Of a stretch of DNA of 64,000 nucleotides, positions 12,589 to 25,084 are shown piece after piece. Under the pieces are notes generated by a model, which saw only the letters and a program-made list of their open reading frames with translations, did no database searches and had not been told where the DNA came from. Every line of letters starts with the position of its first letter. Position 1 is the first letter of the stretch. Position numbers and translations under genes: made by a program. The DNA is taken from NCBI GenBank assembly GCA_964019425.1, contig OZ025798.1, positions 1,240,001 to 1,304,000 of the forward strand, given 5' to 3'. The stretch comes from Flectonema sp. DT1601 (Eukaryota).

Positions 12589-13202
12589 ATGTAAAATAAC
12601 TCTTGTGACTGTTTACCGAGTAGACCTTCTCAATGAACGGCTGTTGGTCTCCATTGTTTGACGTTCCAACAAAGACAGAACTAATGCTCGTCACACAACA
12701 TCATATATTTGAGTTCAAAGAGTTCCGGACAACAAACTCTTCACGAAGAGTTCACGTAGTCCGAGTAAAGTACGCTGCAGTAGTTCGAAGTATTAAACAA
12801 ACCCTCTCTGATTGTAAGGAGATGGAAACTACAGAAAGCAGCACAACATTCTTCTATAAGTTATTTGCTTTGCGTTTGACAAGTATGTACAAGAAGAAAG
12901 TAAAGAAAGAAAAAAAAAAAGTGTTGCAATTCCGTCTTAAGCAGGCGAACTTAACGCCATCACAGCTGATTTATTTAGATTTCACAGAAGTTGAACTTTA
13001 TTCGTCTCAACAGGTGACTTGTCAGATAATATATTTTATTGTTACTTCTACTAATTACTAATCACTAAACTGGATCGCCATCGTATGGCAATTCATTTGT
13101 TATGTTTCCTCAGATCTCACTTCGCCTTTGCTTCCGTTATTCAGTTTAAAGTTCGAAGAATAGTCTTCGATGCCGTGAATTAGTTTCCAAAAAGACAGTT
13201 CG

Positions 13203-14114
13203 ATGAAAAGAATAAAGCGAAGTAAGACAGACACAGCAGCCACCCTGTACCCGGAGTGGACAGCCTTTCATGAAAAGCTAAGCAAAATAATCGAAAGATG
13301 GTTAGGAAATGAGTGTGAAGAAGGTGTAGAAGAAGAGAAGTTGGTAAAGATGCACACCAACGACAGAGGAGCTGACTTAAGAGAGTGCGACCATCATCAC
13401 AAGAATTGGTTAATTGAAAACAACACTAACGACGATGTGATACTTCGCATTGCTAGCAATCGGAGAATCAAACTCCCGACAGGCAGTGCTATGCTGTGGA
13501 GTGATATCTCTCTGTGGGGGGACTTGGAATGTTTTACTTACAAACACATTGTTATAGACCCCCCTTGGCCATCTCACTCAGTTCGTAGAAGTAATTCATA
13601 TTCAACTCTCCAATTGTCTTCAATCAAAGATATCAAAATCAAGGAGATGACATCTGACGGAGCTGTGATAGCAGTTTGGGTAACTAATAACCTTTCTGTT
13701 ATTCAATGTGCCTTAGACTGTTTCACATTGTGGGGAGTAGGTGTGTCGAGCGTTCTAGTTTGGCTAAAATATTCCGATCCGACAAAAACTGAACTCGTTT
13801 GTCCGTTAAACAGCACTCACCGAAAGCCGTATGAAATTTGCATCGTTGGGAAGAAGGGTAGTTCTGCGGGGTGTTCGCTGTCTTATTTGTTGCGAATGCC
13901 ACTCAGAATTATTAAAACTCAGAGAGATGCTCATTCTCGTAAACCCTTCGTCGGTACTTACCTCGAATCGATATGTCGATGCGCTGATCCAAAAGCTCGT
14001 TCTCTAGAACTCTTTGCCCGTACTGTTTATCCATATTGGGTGTGTGCTGGTAATGAAGCTCCTGCTTTTAACGAAATACTTCCTCCGGTGGAAAAGACGA
14101 AGTCCGTATTGTGA
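13203..14114 (+). CDS. METTL4: MT-A70 family N6-adenine methyltransferase, METTL4-like
   Basis: Catalytic DPPW followed by SVRR, plus VWVTN, WLK, RKPYE, HSRKP and LELFAR motifs. Confidence 0.85.
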   Translation: MKRIKRSKTDTAATLYPEWTAFHEKLSKIIERWLGNECEEGVEEEKLVKMHTNDRGADLRECDHHHKNWLIENNTNDDVILRIASNRRIKLPTGSAMLWSDISLWGDLECFTYKHIVIDPPWPSHSVRRSNSYSTLQLSSIKDIKIKEMTSDGAVIAVWVTNNLSVIQCALDCFTLWGVGVSSVLVWLKYSDPTKTELVCPLNSTHRKPYEICIVGKKGSSAGCSLSYLLRMPLRIIKTQRDAHSRKPFVGTYLESICRCADPKARSLELFARTVYPYWVCAGNEAPAFNEILPPVEKTKSVL

Positions 14115-14201
14115 CGGTTTTACTGTTCTTCGGATGGTTTACTGTTGATTGAGTTATATTTTTTATTCTCACAGGGCGGGAGGGGTAAAGCGGAGGGTGA
14201 G

Positions 14202-17106
14202 ATGAATTTAGTTTTGAACCTGATCGAAGGTACGACTGATAAGGAGGCAGTCCTGGAGGGGAACATTATATGTCCACAACCTCTACGGATGTTGGATTTG
14301 GAGTCAGTTGCCGCTTTGTTTCGATCAGAGCAACATATCGTTCAGCTTCGTATTAATGGATACTTCATTGGAATGGAAGTAATGAAAGGATTACGTTCTA
14401 TTATTGCTCACAACTCACTTCGAAAGGTTGATTTTTCATTCTCTCGAATTGAAAGAAATGAAACAATAGAAATCGTCGACATATTGACTGCCAGGGGTGA
14501 TGACGGAAGGCGAAGCTTAGTCGGAGATTTGAATCTTTCGTTCACAGGAATTGGAATCACAGCAATCCCTCAGGTAGCTCGCACACTCGAATCGGTTTCA
14601 GCAAAACTGCGCAGTTTAACTCTTCGATACAACGCGATAACTGGACAGGGTCTGGGTCTCATTCTGAAATGGGCAATCGGACTTACTCACCTCGACTGCA
14701 GCTACTGTGGAATCCTCCGTCAAGCGACGGGAAGGGAAAGTAGTCTTTCATTTATTCTTGAAGGGATCCGTGAGAATACCGCGTGCTCTCTTTTACAACT
14801 TCAGGGAAATGGAATATCTTCGGCAGAGCAACAAAGAATATTTGAAGAGGTTGCCTGCAATAAAAGATCTTCTCTCCGACCAGGAAAGATTATTTTCACG
14901 GATCCAAGAGCAGAGTTTTTTAATCAACAATGTGACTCACTAAATCACTTCTTAGTGAGTGCCGACACTCACAACTCGCATCTCGCAGAAGCTTCAGAAT
15001 TAACACCTGACTGTACTCTGGGAGAATGGATAGGACAGGATTACATTCCACATGAAGAAGATGTTATTATTAATGATATTCAGAGACTTGAGTCCTCTCC
15101 AATTAATATTCCTCCACGAAGGTCTGCGTCATCAGTTTCTCACATCTCTCACAGTCGAGTTTCTATTGTAAGTGAGCAACCCAGCAATCATACAAATAAT
15201 TTACATAATAAAACTTCGTATGGTAGTAATGGAAGTAGTTGGCCTCAAAAGGAAGTTCTCAATTACATGGGACGAGCAGGGAGTGAGTCCCAACCACTCT
15301 CTGGGTGGGTAAATCGAAATGAGGAATCTTCCCATGCCTTCGCCCCCGCAAACCCGCAAACTACCAACAACAGACCTGCGGTCAGCCGTAACGGGACCGA
15401 ATCACAAAAGCAGGTTCATATAAATAACACCTCAACACCTCTTTCAATACGAAGCGACTATAGCGCCACTATCAGACAGGACCCTCCACAGCCGCATCCA
15501 CATCCTCGTCAGTCTCTTCATCCTTCTCATCCACTCCGCATCTATTCGACTACTCAAACAATAACTCAGCAGTCATCACCTCGAAGGGGAAATATTACAC
15601 CTCCGAGTGGTGCCTATGTTATTTCTCAAAATAGCATCGCAGGCACCGCAAACACCAGCAACTGGCAACGGGCGCCAAGTCCCACTCTGTCTGCTAGCCC
15701 ATCACCTTCTCGAAGGTCTTCACCAACTCGAAGGTCTTCGTCAACTCGAAAGTCTTCACCAACTCGCAGGTATTCTCCCAGTCGGAGACATTCTCCGTCC
15801 AGGAAAAGGCCTCGGAGTACGAGAAGCTCCTCACTGTACGACGTTACACCTCCCGAACCGCAATTACTCGAAACAAATTACTACCATCCTCCTCCATCAT
15901 CTTCAGTTGATTACCATCGAAGTACTCGTTCGAGGAGTAGTACTTCACGACAGAGAGCTAGTCCCCGCAGGGAGAAGTCGGAACTAGCTGAGGCAATTGG
16001 CAAGAGAAGAGATCGAATAACTCCCGCTCTGTTGAACGCTAGCATGTCAGGTGATGTAGTGTGTCGGGAGATTATTGGAGATCATTTATTCGGAGGCCTA
16101 CCTGCAGAAGGAGGGAAGCTTCAGGTATGTTGTCGGCAGTCATACGAAAGTTTTATTTTGAAAATATCAAAACAACCAAACAGGGTGTCCCATCTCAACT
16201 GGTTCCATGTTGCGGCCTTCCAAACGTACTAAATCATCTCCGTCTTGGGTGTGTGAAGCTGTCAAATCTTTCATTTGTTGAATATCATAAATGTAGTTAA
16301 AAAGGAAAATAAAACAAAACAACAATCAGATCTGATGAGCGTGTGACAGGAATTGCTAAGCTGCTGTTTATTTTATTATCAGCTCCCTGCAAAATACGAG
16401 CGACTGAAGAGTATGAAGTTCTCGCACAGGCATCTGCGCTGGTTGCCAGAAGTGCGGACCCGACATACGAGAGCATTCGAAGGAGAGATGACTACGACGT
16501 TAAGGTTTGTTTTATTTTAACATGTCATAAATAAGATGAAATATTATTTTCCTTCTGCCGAAATCGTTCCTCATTATAACAACAACAACAGCGACGGGAA
16601 GAGAACCGAAGGGCGAGGACATTGCTTCGAGTGCTTCGCCACCCACTTCCAATTCAAGAGAAGGAGAGGACCCGTTCCCGAAGTCGGGATCAAACGACAA
16701 CTCAGGTTACCCGCTCTCGTAGCTGTCCTGATCAGCCAGCTGTACGGAGAAGAGAGCGGACTCGCAGTGTTGGGTATCCTGCAGTTTCTACTCATGGAAG
16801 TAATGAATGGTTACATCAGGTCATCCCTTCCCGCCCCCCTCCGAGACCAAAGAGAGCCGTTTCACAGCCTCTCAAAAAGCAAAAAAGTCATCAGTCAGTC
16901 ATCCCGCCTCCAACACTCTCCCGACAGTTGGATCAGATTGTATTCAATCATTCTCATGATAAGGTTTGTATTTATTAGATGTGAGTAGTCTGTTATTCAA
17001 ACTAATTAATTATCTCATTCTCAATAATAAACAACAGGCTGTTGCACGAAGACACCTCAAGTCTAACAGGTCATACAGCCAACCAGCACGCAGTGGTGTT
17101 GTGTAG
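14202..17106 (+). CDS. RNI-like leucine-rich repeat protein with long S/R/P-rich disordered tail; introns 16125-16183, 16249-16329, 16505-16591, 16964-17037
   Basis: LRR units LRKVDFSFSRI, LNLSFTGIG, LRSLTLRYNAIT, LTHLDCSYCGI, LQLQGNGIS; RRSSPTRR repeats; introns restore the frame. Confidence 0.75.
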
Positions 17107-17447
17107 TTACTAATTGGTTTTAGTTTAGTCAGTTAACGGCGAGGTTACACCAAGCCAGTAAGTATTAGATAGTTTACTTTTTCTTAATTTAACCGTCGAG
17201 TACAGCAGCTTAGATTATCTTCCGTCACTACCTACGACGGATACAAAAATGCTTTTCTACTGGTCGGTCAGTTTTCTGTAATTCTGTGCGAATAGCGGAC
17301 ACGAGAATTTGTAAATTCTGTAAATTCAAAGACACCAGTTCCAATACAAAGATGTGTCTTTACAAACTTGTTAAGAAATGCAATCTTTGTATTGTTTGTT
17401 ATGTTTGCAGCTCTTTCACAATTTTTACTCGTCAGGCACATCAGCTG

Positions 17448-18398
17448 ATGGTGAACACCGGTGAGCCTGCTGACACCCTCAACCAGCGATCACTTGCTTT
17501 GTGGGAAGCGGAGCTTCACACGCGAGAAAAAAGGATTAAGGAACAGGGTGAGAAAAAGGAAAATTACTTAAACAATGGAAAGACAGCATTAGTACGCTCC
17601 TGCGAATGTGAAATGACGAGAGACGTCGGCGAGTTGCTGACCGAAGTAATGAAAATACGGGACGAGGAGAAGGCTGCAATCGAAAAATGGAAAACTTCAC
17701 AGGAGGAGTTAACAACGAAATTAATAAAAGTAGAAGAGAGGGAGTTACGAATTCGGAGCATAGAAGACGGTCTGCGTAAGCGCGAACAGCAACTTCTCGA
17801 ACGGGAAATGCAAGCTAGTCGTAGAGAAGAAGCAATCGCTGTGAGAGAGTCTCGATTCTCAAACGATAACAACGAACACGTAGTCCCCCCAAAGCATCTC
17901 GACATACCTCTCATAGGAAGTCCCTCACCACCTCCTCAACAAAAAGCTTCAGATTTCGGAAAACCCTCACCAGCAGCATCTCCAAAATACGCAGAAGGTA
18001 AAACAGACTTAGATCCGAATTGTATTGAGTCATTCATCGAAAATATTTCTGACAGTGAAGGATCTGATTCCCCACGTGGAGGAATATTTACTTCTGAAGG
18101 AGTTGTTGGAATAGACAGATGGAAAGAGTTATATCATGCGACTGAGGAATCAGACCTTGGATCTGATAACAGCGATGATGAACCGTGTCTTAGTCGCAAA
18201 GACACGTGGAAAAGGAAGTTTAGTACCGTCAGTGCTGACAGTGCCTTTAGTGAAGATGAGTTTGAACAGTTTTATGATGAAGGTGACGGTCTTGATATGA
18301 AAGAAGCATTACTTCAATACATTCTAAGACATGGAAACGTTGACCTCCCTCCTGGTATGGATCCCGAGTTACTTTTCGAACTATTGGCCACTTACTAG
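17448..18398 (+). CDS. Hypothetical coiled-coil protein with acidic C-terminus
   Basis: E/K/R-rich ORF after tttttactcgtcag acceptor. Confidence 0.7.
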   Translation: MVNTGEPADTLNQRSLALWEAELHTREKRIKEQGEKKENYLNNGKTALVRSCECEMTRDVGELLTEVMKIRDEEKAAIEKWKTSQEELTTKLIKVEERELRIRSIEDGLRKREQQLLEREMQASRREEAIAVRESRFSNDNNEHVVPPKHLDIPLIGSPSPPPQQKASDFGKPSPAASPKYAEGKTDLDPNCIESFIENISDSEGSDSPRGGIFTSEGVVGIDRWKELYHATEESDLGSDNSDDEPCLSRKDTWKRKFSTVSADSAFSEDEFEQFYDEGDGLDMKEALLQYILRHGNVDLPPGMDPELLFELLATY

Positions 18399-18830
18399 TT
18401 TGTAATTATATAAACACTTACACCTGCTGAAGGCAGATCTCTGTCGAGAATATGGCTTCAGTGAGCTCTTTGTGCCGTCTCTTTTTGTTTTCGTTGTACA
18501 TTACCACAATACGAGTCTTGATAGTTATTCTTCCTCTTCTGTAGTTTCCAAGTCGGTGATACTTTTTTCAAAGAATTGAGACTTCTCTCTCCGTGCGTAT
18601 CCGTCTTTTTTTTCTTATTTCTTAGCGATGCCTTGATTAGTTAGTACGAGAAGTGTACCTAATGTGATAACAAGTTAGCAAGCTGTTGTTAGTCTGTTTT
18701 CCGATTAATAAACGTTTTTGTGACCTGGGAAACTACAAACAGAGAGCATGTGCCTTCTTCGTTAGAAAAAGTGCGACCTTGAGTTATATTTTTAAGTGAT
18801 AAATTGTTTTACTTCCAGTTGAACAGCAAC

Positions 18831-20973
18831 ATGCCTCCAACGAAGGAAAAGAGAAAGAGGGAGGATGTTGAAAAGGAAGAGCGCAACTACCTTCGAATGA
18901 TCTTAACGGCACCCGTTTACGACGTCGCTAAGGAATCGTCGCTTCAGGAGGCAAAGAGTTTGAGTCAGCGAGTAAACAACACTGTTTTCTTGAAACGAGA
19001 AGATGAGCAGCAGGTGTTCTCATTTAAATTACGAGGAGCGTACAATCGAATGATAAATCTCACAAAGGATGAACTAGCTCGTGGTGTAATCGCCTGCAGT
19101 GCTGGAAACCACGCACAAGGTGTCGCCCTGGCTGCGAAAAGATTAAACACAAGTGCTATCATTTGTATGCCGACCTGTACTCCAGGGATCAAAGTTGACA
19201 ACGTAAAACGGCTCGGCGCGGAAGTTCACCTAAAAGGACTTTCTTTCGACGAGGCTAAGTCCGAATGCATGCGAATTGGAAAGGAAACCGGGCGAGTACT
19301 AATCCACCCGTATGACGATCCTTACGTCATTGCTGGGCAGGGAACCATCGCAGTGGAAATCTTTCGTCAGCTCAGTACCGGGAAACGACCTGATATCATC
19401 TTCAGCTGCATTGGAGGAGGCGGTTTGATTTCCGGCATTTTGTTATACACAAAGAGAGTATTTCCTTCTTGTAAGGTCATTGGTGTCGAAGCAAATGACG
19501 CTAATGCAATGCAACAATCACTTGAGGCTGGGAAGGTGAAGTCACTCGAACACGTCGGTCTGTTTGCAGATGGCGCAGCTGTGAAGACAGTTGGCGATGA
19601 AACTTTCAGAATTGCTAAAGAGTGCGGTATTGATGATTGTATTACTGTTACAAATGATGAGATCTGTGCTGCTATAAAAGACATCTTTGAGGACACTCGT
19701 TCTATCGTAGAACCTGCTGGAGCACTAGCAGTTGCTGGAATGAAACGTTACATGTCTGACCATTCTTTATCTGGTAAGACGGTCGTTTGTATTACATCTG
19801 GTGCAAATATGAACTTCAATCGCCTTCGATTCGTTTCCGAACGTGCTGAGATCGGTGAAGACCGCGAGGCACTGATGTCGGTAGTCATCCCGGAAGAGGA
19901 GGGGGCGTTTTTAAAAATGTCGGATTGTATCTTCCCTTATCAGATTACTGAGTTCTCATATCGATTCCGACCAGGTGGTAAGGCTTACATCTTAGTAGCT
20001 TTTTCATCAGAGCAGAGGTCACTTGCTGTACCAGAAGTTATTAAAAAGTTAAGTGCTGCAGGTATGACTGCTACTGACGTCACTGATAACGAGTTGGCAA
20101 AATCTCACGGAAGGTACCTTGTGGGAGGCCGACACCCAGTGAAAGAAGAGCGACTGCTGAGCTTCGAGTTTCCCGAACAGGTCGGCAGCAGGCAACTTGA
20201 AAAACTCCTCGTCAAAATTCAGAAAGAATATTACATCACTCTACTTCACTACAGAAATCAGGGAAGTGGAACTGGAGGAGTTCTTGTTGGATTAAAGGTA
20301 TGATCTGAGTAGTTTTATTAAACAAAAGTTTCGTACATGACGTGTTGTCATAATTATTTGACTTCTTATTGTCACCTTTTCTCCTTAAAAGGAACAATGC
20401 CATCTTGTTCTGGCGCACGACTGCAACAAACTCAAGTGGAACGTGCGCAGCGATCCACACGGAGCAGCCTTCACCAGTACGTTAGCATCACATTCCACTC
20501 GACTCTTCCTCTGTCAAATAGTCAGGTAGCCCAGGGCAGTGAGAAGGGGGAAGTTGTACACCTACAATAACTAAACGGAAACCAGCCTTCAATCACAAGC
20601 AGTATCTGCATGAGAATGAAATTCTTTTGTCACGTTTATTCTGATGCTGAACCGCCTCTTTTCCGCTCCGCCGATCTTGCTGGAAGCTGCTCATAGTTAT
20701 GAAGTCAGATGGTAGTCTTTGCATGATCTGAAACCTTCTGCACAAGGGATGCGATATCAATCAAACAAACAAACAAACAAACAAACAAACAAACAAACAA
20801 ACAAACAAACAAACAAACAAACAAACAAACAAACAAACAAACAAACAAACAAACAAACAAACAAACAGGTTACAAAAGCACGCGAGGCCAAGTTTCAGGA
20901 GTTTATCGACAACTTGGGATACACATACCGCGAGGAGACAAACAATCCTGTCTATAAGAGTTTTTTGTGTTAA
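18831..20973 (+). CDS. ilvA: Threonine dehydratase, biosynthetic type with regulatory C-terminal domains; intron 20298-20868
   Basis: PLP motif FSFKLRGA, SAGNHAQGVA, GQGT, GGGGL, EPAGAL, SGANMNF; last exon ...LGYTYREETNNPVYKSFL completes the C-terminus. Confidence 0.95.
20763..20866 (+). repeat. (AAAC)26 microsatellite forming the 3' end of the ilvA intron
   Basis: Pure AAAC run directly followed by the AG acceptor at 20867-20868. Confidence 0.97.
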
Positions 20974-22214
20974 TCAGTTTGACTGCTACCAGTCCAGTTG
21001 GAGTGTTCAGTCAGCTGATTGCGAGTAATTAAATTCATCTGTTGATTTGATTTGATTTGAAGGTTATACTTTTATAATCAGACTTTGAACCTGTCTGTGG
21101 TTCGTTATTTTATAGTACTAGTTACTGTGATTCTGTTGTGTGGTACACCAATACAATTGTTTCTTATGTTGTAGTCCATGCATGTGGTGTGTTACTCCCT
21201 CTCTTCTGTAGTCTGGTATCACTTTGGTAGTCGAAGGACACTAATGAGTAGTCAGTCACATTTATAATTTAATCTTTATGTTTCGGGAGTTGGTGGCGTG
21301 TCTGTCAGGAGCCGAAAAAATGAGATTCCGTTGTTGGGAATCGCGTGGCGATAAATATGTCATCTAATTGATGTCGTTGCGCTAATCTGTTCTTCGGAAT
21401 ACTTTTTCTTTTTTAACTAACTTGGGGAGTCGCTGAGGTCGTTGGTAGTTCCCTGCTGCCATGAAGCGGTTCTCTCTTTGTTCTAAATGGTTCCCTCTTC
21501 CCCCTATTCCTCACATTGTCTGCATGCTATTACAACATCTCTAAAATACATTCTGAAAAGGTGAATAGAAGTGGTGGTAGCTCACCCGAATTCATTTTAC
21601 ATTTCCTTTATGCGGAGTCTTTGAAGTGCGCAAGACATTGAGGATTTTTGTAATATTCTAAAGTGGGTCGATTAACTACCCACAGTGGGGAGTCTTTTGT
21701 ATATTTTGATTGCGAGAGTGAAATTCTCACAAAGGTATTTCTGATATTTGAAGTTCTTAGAGACTGGTTACGAATCTAAGTAGTCAATTATTCTACTTCT
21801 ATGTGGAGGTTCTCTCTGTTTGTTGCTCTCATCTATTGTCTACGCGACACTCTGAAGATTGAATTCCTACAAGTTTTTAATACTTTGAATCCTTTCGAGA
21901 TGATGTGGCGCGTAAGACAGGAGGGCTGTGTGTTTTTTATTTGTTTACTCAACTGACCCACACAATAAGAGTTCCCCCTCATGTTAGAATTACGAGTGGT
22001 TTGCGTAACCGCATCCACATATTAAAAAATAATAATATTCAGAAAGTATTATTGTGACTGAAGACATATAGAATTCTTTCATCTCCAAAAGACAAAAAAT
22101 ATATTGGAACGGAAAGTTGACAATGGCAGTTGCTGTTGAGAACTTTGCAACTCGTCGAATGTAATAACGGTAAATACTTTTTTATCTTTTTCAGTATACA
22201 TGTAGCGGCACAAG

Positions 22215-22513
22215 ATGACAACATATTTTGACCCGAATGGGAACATCGTTGATGCAGCAACGGCGCAGATGCTTCACTGCAGTAGCAACTCGACACCAGA
22301 AAGCACTCAGATATTGCCGACCGACTTGCCGCAAACTTTGGAAATGCCAGAAGTGCAAAAGCATCCGCCTCAGCAAGTGCCGATGACTCAGCCGCAACAT
22401 TACCCTCCATCTCCATCTCCTGTTACTCCAGTAAGTAGCGTACCTCCTCAACAACACTTACCAATGTCAGAGTATCGGTCCCCTCATCAACCTCTCCCTG
22501 TTAGCAACCATTC

Positions 22514-22544
<31 letters not shown>

Positions 22545-24323
22545 CACCAACATCAACATCAACACCATCAATCTCATAATAGACAAGGTGCTCCTCAGCA
22601 GTATTCTCAGGAACACCATCGTCATCACCAACATCAACAATCACATTATCCGCAACAACAACAACAGCAACAACAACAACAACAACAACAGCACCAACAA
22701 CATCAACAGCAACAGCAGCCCTCTAATTCTTCGCACCACTCTCAACACTATTTGCAGCACCAGCAAAACCCGCCACATCCGAACATGATGGCGTCCGGGA
22801 GTGTGCCTTCAAAGCAGCCCTCCAGCAACCAGCAGATGTATCAAAATACTGCAGCACCTCTCTCCCATACTTCATCACCGCTACAACACACACAGCAACG
22901 ATATCCGCCAGCTAATCAACCGCCGCCTTCTAATTATAACCAATCGATGCTTCCACAAAGTCAAGTAGCTCCAGGTCCTACAGGAAATGTTTATCAACAA
23001 AATCTCCAACGGCCGTATCCTGTGTTGCCTCCAAAGCAGCCACAACACCAGTCTGCTAACAATTTACCGCAATCACAAGTGGCGCCTTTTCATCCCCACC
23101 AGCATCAACATCACCACCATCATCACCATCACCATCACCACCACCACCATCAGCAGCAGCAGCAACAACACCACCATCAGAATCAGCAACACCAACACCA
23201 GCAACATCACCAAACGCATCACCAGCACCAACATCACCACCATCACCAACATCATCACCATCAGCAGCAACAACCTCAATCACACCCTCTACGAGTTCCA
23301 CAAAGTCAAATATTACCCGGCGGTGTTCACCAGACTCCTCCTCGACATGGAGCTGTGTCCAGCCAACTCGGTATGCCTTCACCTGTCACTTCCCAGAAGC
23401 CCAACAATGCAGTTATGCCGAGCCCTATTTCTGGAGCCTATGCTCAGAGGCGACCAGATGTGTCTCCTCAGAATGACATCTCTTCTAAGCCACTCGGTAG
23501 CTTTACGATGCCGAGTCCCGTTCAAAAGAAGCCATCGGGGAAATCCGGAGGCAGCAATTCGACGCAATCTACTCCGGCTGGTGGCGTTCAAACATCTCCA
23601 AAAGGTCCTCCTCCTCCAATTACTGCCGGCACACCTGCTGTTCCACTAAATAACACTTCTGAGTTATCAATCGATATGCAACTGCGAACAGCTGCTGTTG
23701 TTGAGGAAGAGCCGCGAGTTGAAGCTCTCATTCAACGGGCTGTAGAGAACAAGAAGGAAGAGAACAGCAGCGTTGTGAATATGATTATCAAAGCAACTGC
23801 TGCTGCATCTTCAAAAGGCAGCGGCATCGATGTGAGAGAGTTGAAGGTTTGTTTATTCCTTCCCAGTGCGGAGTATTTATTTATTGATCATTTTGTGAAA
23901 CCCCAAACAGGACCAACTTGAAGAAAAGAATCGCAGCAAAGGAACTGGACACTCAAATGGAGTGAACGGACGATCTGGCAGAGGTGGCGGAGGTAAATCG
24001 AATGATGGAAGAGGCGGAAGGTTTGTTTTAATTTAATACTTCAGAGTGATCACATCTCTTTTATTTATCAAAAGAGAGTCATAAAACTCAAATCAGAAAA
24101 GGAGATGCCTACGGTGGGAAAGGAAGAGACAACAACAGCAACTGGAACTCAAGTAGCTCTGGGAAGAAGGGCGACAGAGGAGGGAAGGGTTCTAAAGATG
24201 GTTTGTATTTTATTTTCAAGACACAACTTATATCTGCAGCTTCTTATCCGAATAACGATATCAAAATAATAAACAGGTCGTCGCGGTTGGTTAAAAAAGG
24301 GAGGAGAGAGGGGAGGCAAGTGA
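22215..24323 (+). CDS. Gln/His-rich low-complexity protein with RGG/KG-rich tail; introns 23847-23910, 24021-24096, 24201-24276
   Basis: Poly-Q and poly-H tracts; spliced 3' exons give GRSGRGGGGK...KGDRGGKG...GGERGGK*. Confidence 0.75.
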
Positions 24324-25045
24324 ACTCCGTGAGCACCGTACTTCCCTCGCTATTCATTCTGTCTGACGGCATTACACGTCACGAATACTCAACGTGAATA
24401 TCTGACTAGTAGTTTGGGTTATTCCTGTGCTAGCGGCTGTTTCATTTTCTGAAAATATAATCTTTGTTAAGATCCGCAGAAACCTCTAAAAAGGTTTGTG
24501 TGGAATCAAAACGGGTTTGTAAGGATAATAGTTTTTTTGATTCACTTTCCGTTTTTTTTTTTTTTTTTGTTGTCTCTCCTTTTTTCCCCCACCGTGTATT
24601 GAATAAAATGATAACTAAATAATATATGTAAAGAACTGAAATCCCACTGAGTAGTTTGCAAGTAGTTTGTTGTTTCAGTAAGAAGCAAGTTGCTTGTACA
24701 GATCGGTTGAGCGCGAGTTGCATTTGTGCTTCAAATTGGTTTTAAACACCCAGTGAGTAGTTAGTCGAGCACAGAGGGGATTGTACTTATTACTATTTAC
24801 TAGCCCACTTACATGCTGTACTAATTATTGGGATGAGGAATTACAACTCTTCATCACAATCCAATAGTTCGGTATTGTTATGTAGTCGTTTTTTATAATT
24901 TACTTGTTGTAGGAACTTTCTCATTCCGATAACCCAAACAAAAAAAAAAAAAAAAGAAGAAGAAGCCGTATTTAACATGGAAAGAATCCTTATTTTTTAT
25001 TAGATTTCTTTTCTTTTCTAAAAGCTGCTTCATTTAAGAAAGTAT

Positions 25046-25046
<1 letters not shown>

Positions 25047-25080
<34 letters not shown>
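25047..25080. repeat. Poly(dA) tract (34 A) within a cluster of A and T homopolymers
   Basis: Read directly; further A and T runs span about 24550-25440. Confidence 0.9.

Positions 25081-25084
<4 letters not shown>

Noticed and set aside
12633..13061. 142-aa + strand ORF
   Set aside because: No recognisable motif, runs through an A tract and starts 45 nt after the upstream stop; probably UTR or intergenic, though a small gene is not excluded
20607..20650. Box C/D snoRNA-like gca-tgagaa...ctga-tgc in the ilvA intron
   Set aside because: Box C is imperfect and the span of about 40 nt is too short
20719..20973. ORF with KQTN repeats
   Set aside because: Translation of the intronic AAAC microsatellite running into the last ilvA exon
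22987..23649. Alternative-frame and antisense ORFs over the Q/H tracts
   Set aside because: By-products of CAN trinucleotide repeats that lack stop codons
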